DNA of 63,964 nucleotides, counting the filler, from Thelocarpon superellum (lineage: Eukaryota), in NCBI GenBank assembly GCA_026025795.1. It is 3 parts of 3 records of this genome, joined end to end, with 100 filler letters (N's around TTAATTAATTAA, not from the genome) between each part and the next. Parts side by side here need not be neighbours in the genome. Positions count along the whole stretch, not along the records: positions 47,042 to 63,964 come from JAPEUG010000381.1; 2 more parts are not named here. One strand, written 5' to 3'. The notes beneath the pieces are model-generated. The model was not told where the DNA came from. It worked only from the letters and a program-made list of their open reading frames with translations, and did no database searches. Shown one piece after another: positions 60,679 through 63,964 of this stretch (positions are counted from its first letter, which is position 1; every line of letters begins with the position of its first letter). The translations under genes were made by a program, and so were the position numbers.

Positions 60679-62982
60679 TCAATCGTAAGACGTCTCGATC
60701 GGAGTCAGAGGGCTCTTTTGGCGTGTCGGACTCGTGGCGCGTGATCGCCGTTCGGACCCTAAGCTGCCCAGTCGCTCTCGACTCTCCGTGCGCACCACAA
60801 GACCACTTCGATCCATGGCATTTCCGATGCTTGGCGGCAGTTCGAGCCCGAGCGGTGAATTGGGACTGACGACGACGCTGGGGCTGACGATGTGGTCGAA
60901 GTAACCGGGCGTGGGCTCAAACCCCGGCTTCGTTCGGGGCGAGGCCCAGCCAGACGCTCGGCCGTTTCGGCTGCCATTGCTGGAGTCCGAGTCTTCCAGG
61001 TCCGAGTCGACGTCGCCCAGCTCAAAGTCGTTGGCTGCCTCGCCGCTTTCCATCACCCGTTCATACGATCGTCCGCCGCCGCCAAGCCCAAACAGTTTCC
61101 CGCCCGGCACGAATCTTCGCCGTTTCGCACCCGGAGCGCGACCAAAAGCGCCGCCGATCCATCGATACCAGCGCGTCCGTCGGTCTCGGCCACACCAGAG
61201 GAAGCCGGCGATGAAGAGAATGAGTAGAAAGAGGACGAGGCCGGGTACACGACGAGGCGAGTCCGACTTCAGAAGGGTATCGTGCCAGTCCAGCTGATCA
61301 TCATCATCAATCGAATCGCCCAGGTCTAGAATGGGAGCATCCTTCGATCCGGCATATTGGAAATCCTGCGGGATGCCGGCCACGTTGCTCCCGAACCCGA
61401 CCGGGAGCGACTCGTCCATGGGCGGCACCTGGCTAGCGGCGTAGAGCACCATCTTGCCCAAGGTCCAGCTCACTTCTGTATCATGGATCTTGTCCACAGC
61501 TTGGAAGGGGCTTAGGTAGGCTTTCGTTTTGGGATGGGCCAGCACCACGTGGCTCGCATTCTTGCCATGACCGTGAATGCTGTCCACCGAGCCACGCGGC
61601 ACGCCGATCCCGCTATGTAGCATGTTGATGAGCCACGAGGCCTTGAAGCAGACGTCGGCGGCCTTGTCCTCGTCCACCTTCTTACCCCATTGCTTGTTGC
61701 GCACGCCTTTCGAGATCGTCTTCCAGTCCTGACTGCAAAAGTCCTCGACCAGCTTCTGGTAGGTCTTGGCGTCATAAGCTTTGTCCTGGTGCACCTGTCC
61801 AAAGACCTCGTGCGTCGTGTGCCAAAACTCGGACACGCCGACAAAATGGTTGACGTCAAAGTCGATGGCGGGCACATGGATGCCATTGAGTAGACACGGA
61901 TCGTCTGCACAAGGGGCCTCCTTCTCCAGTAACGGAAATGTGGCCCGTAAGCACTCGTCAAAGCGGCCCGTGCCTAGTAAATGTGGTCCTTGACCGGCAG
62001 CCGGCGAGGATCCGGCGGCGACAGCTGTGCCATCTTTGGTGACGACCAAACCGACCGGGAGACACGGGTCAGGAAGTTCTTTGGCGTCGTGGGTGGCGCT
62101 AGCGTCGAGCAATGCATCGACGTATCGCTTTCGTGCCTGGTTTACGCCAAACCCGAGCCAGGTCGTGACGAAGAGTTTATACTCCGTCGCCTGGCCGTCG
62201 ACGGTCCTCATCCGCACCAACTTCAGGTCGTTCGCGTGCCGGTCCACCTCGGTACTGTTTGGCGCAAAGGCGATCTGTGCCGACGCACCGCCCATGTCAA
62301 GGAAGCCATACGTATGATGGCCCTTGCCGTGGTCATGGGCTTCCGGCTGGTCGAAGCCGCCCAGCAGATAATTTGCCGCAACCCATCCGTAAAGGCCCTC
62401 GGTCTCTCCTGAGATGACCTGGACGTGCGTGTTGCAGTCGGGGAGGAGGAATTTGGTGGTCGACTGGGTATAGGCACAGATCTGGGCGAGAAGCTCTTTG
62501 CGCTGCATCTCCGGGAGCAGCCGCATGCCGGCCGTGGCGAGCAGGAAGATGGGCGTATCGGCGACGGCATGAGAGGGAATGATCTTCAGGGCATGTTCAA
62601 AGAGAGCTTGAAGGTGATCGGGACCGACGAGATCGGCTTTGCCGGCAAAGGTCGACACGCCCTGGTGGATCTTCTTTGTCCATTCCTTCTCCGTCCTCAA
62701 TTCGGGCAGACTTTGCAACTCCTTTGCGCTGGCCTTCCGACGGACCTTTGCGCTGTCGAGCCATTTGTAGATGTGAACGCGAGTCCCCTGCGTGACGACA
62801 GTGGATCAGCCCTGACCTTGAGGGTCGGTGGCGACTCGACCGCACTTACCGACGACCCGGCGTCCAAGATGACTCCATATCGCCCTACAGGAGGCATCAG
62901 TTTACGCTGCTCGGTACCCCGCGAGGCTTGAAGAGTCGGCGGAGATCGGTGGGTGATGGAGACATAACGTACACTTTCCCAT
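60679..62982 (-). CDS. ynd1: Golgi apyrase (GDA1/CD39 family), Ynd1-like, with a C-terminal TM segment, 3 exons
   Basis: MGK|WRYGVILDAGSS|GTRVHIY (ACR1), ATAGMRLL (ACR2), ISGETEGLYGWVAANY (ACR3), LDMGGASAQI (ACR4), VSWTLG (ACR5) and TM segment LVLFLLILFIAGFLW. Confidence 0.94.
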
Positions 62983-63964
62983 CGAGAACACATGCGCGGA
63001 ATGACCGGGGAAACGGCTATTGAGCCATCTGGTCGTCCACAAACGAATGCAGGACGTCTCGTGCGTGAAGACGCGTCAGGCCGACGAAAGGGAGGACGAA
63101 GAGAAGGGAGACGAAGATTAGAAGCAGTAAGAGGGGTTCGAAGGAGAACGAGTGTGGTGGTGGGGGAAGGGAAGGCTGAATGTAGCCACTTGGATGGCGT
63201 TGGATGGCGTTGCGTAGGATGATTACTGTGGAATCAGCGCGCTCAATCCCTCATCGCTAGCCGTAATTCGGCCACCGCACACTGGATGGCAGGAGGGCGA
63301 GGACTCGTACCACTGCTTGTTCGCTGCGAGTAGACGGAACTAGTCCTAACATAGTGGCTGCTGCGGGTGCAGGGCCAAAGGACGTGGGATGGATGCTTGC
63401 GGTAGCCTTCGATGCACGTGCGTCCAGCATACTACTGGTCTGGAGGACACCCGCCAGCTTGCGCGTAATCCCTCCCAGCTAAGTATGGAAGGGTGCTGGT
63501 CGAGCCGATTCCACCTCGCTTCGACGCCGCAACGAGGAGGTGACGGACCGTCCAAAACGCCGTGACCTCGCCCCCAGCCGAGAAACGGTTGAGGTCGAAG
63601 TATAGAGACTTACGCTTAGAGCTCTTACAGCAACCACCCTCTCCTATGAAATCGGAGCCAATGATCGCCATGCCCGACGTGTGACAGGACACAGCATCGG
63701 TACTAGCGCATGGAGAGCATGCACAGCAGCGAGACCGGAAGCACTTCGTCCCCTCAAGTGTCCACAAGCCGATAACAGCGTTGCATCATTTCAAGAAGCT
63801 GCACTCCGTCGTGGGGTGACGAGTACCACTCCGGGTATTGCGAGAGTACTCGTACCCGTTGTTGTACGAACAGCGGGCCAGTCGTGGCGTGTGGCTACCG
63901 CTTGAACCGAAACATCTGCCGCGCGCACTATCTCGTCACCCCCTCACTGTCCTGTCCCGTCCCC

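Noticed and set aside
1..63964. Stop-codon readthrough (TGA CTA) or cryptic PTS1 extensions, CRISPR arrays, transposons
   Set aside because: The stop codons I checked lack the readthrough context; no repeat-spacer array, terminal repeats or transposase/RT motifs were seen.

Overview
GC-rich, intron-containing eukaryotic DNA from a filamentous ascomycete (Pezizomycotina-type genes, short GT-AG introns with CTRAY branch points). Two artificial 100-bp spacers (N44-TTAATTAATTAA-N44) split the window into three segments whose adjacency is unproven. About 22 protein-coding genes were reconstructed by reading splice sites by eye. Segment 1: conserved hypothetical protein, Prm10/ThrE-family membrane protein, complex I B18 subunit, Mbp1-like APSES/ankyrin factor, NAD(P)-dependent reductase, Rds1/ferritin-like secreted protein, glutamate-cysteine ligase and an NsdD-like GATA factor. 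Segment 2: a 5'-truncated membrane protein, Git1-like MFS permease, complex I 30 kDa subunit, Not4, Atg13, a P450 and a 3'-truncated LaeA-like methyltransferase. Segment 3: a Lyc1-like GNAT, a degenerate NACHT/STAND-like protein, a triple zinc-ribbon protein, Elp4, Rpb8, a Nudix hydrolase, Opi10/Hikeshi and Ynd1 apyrase. No rRNA, tRNA, CRISPR array or transposon was recognised. The most notable observations are an apparent two-switch alternative-splicing system in not4 (an in-frame exitron carrying a basic NLS-like segment, plus an alternative ~810-aa last exon) and an NLR-like protein that seems to have lost both Walker motifs. All family assignments come from recalled motifs, not database searches.
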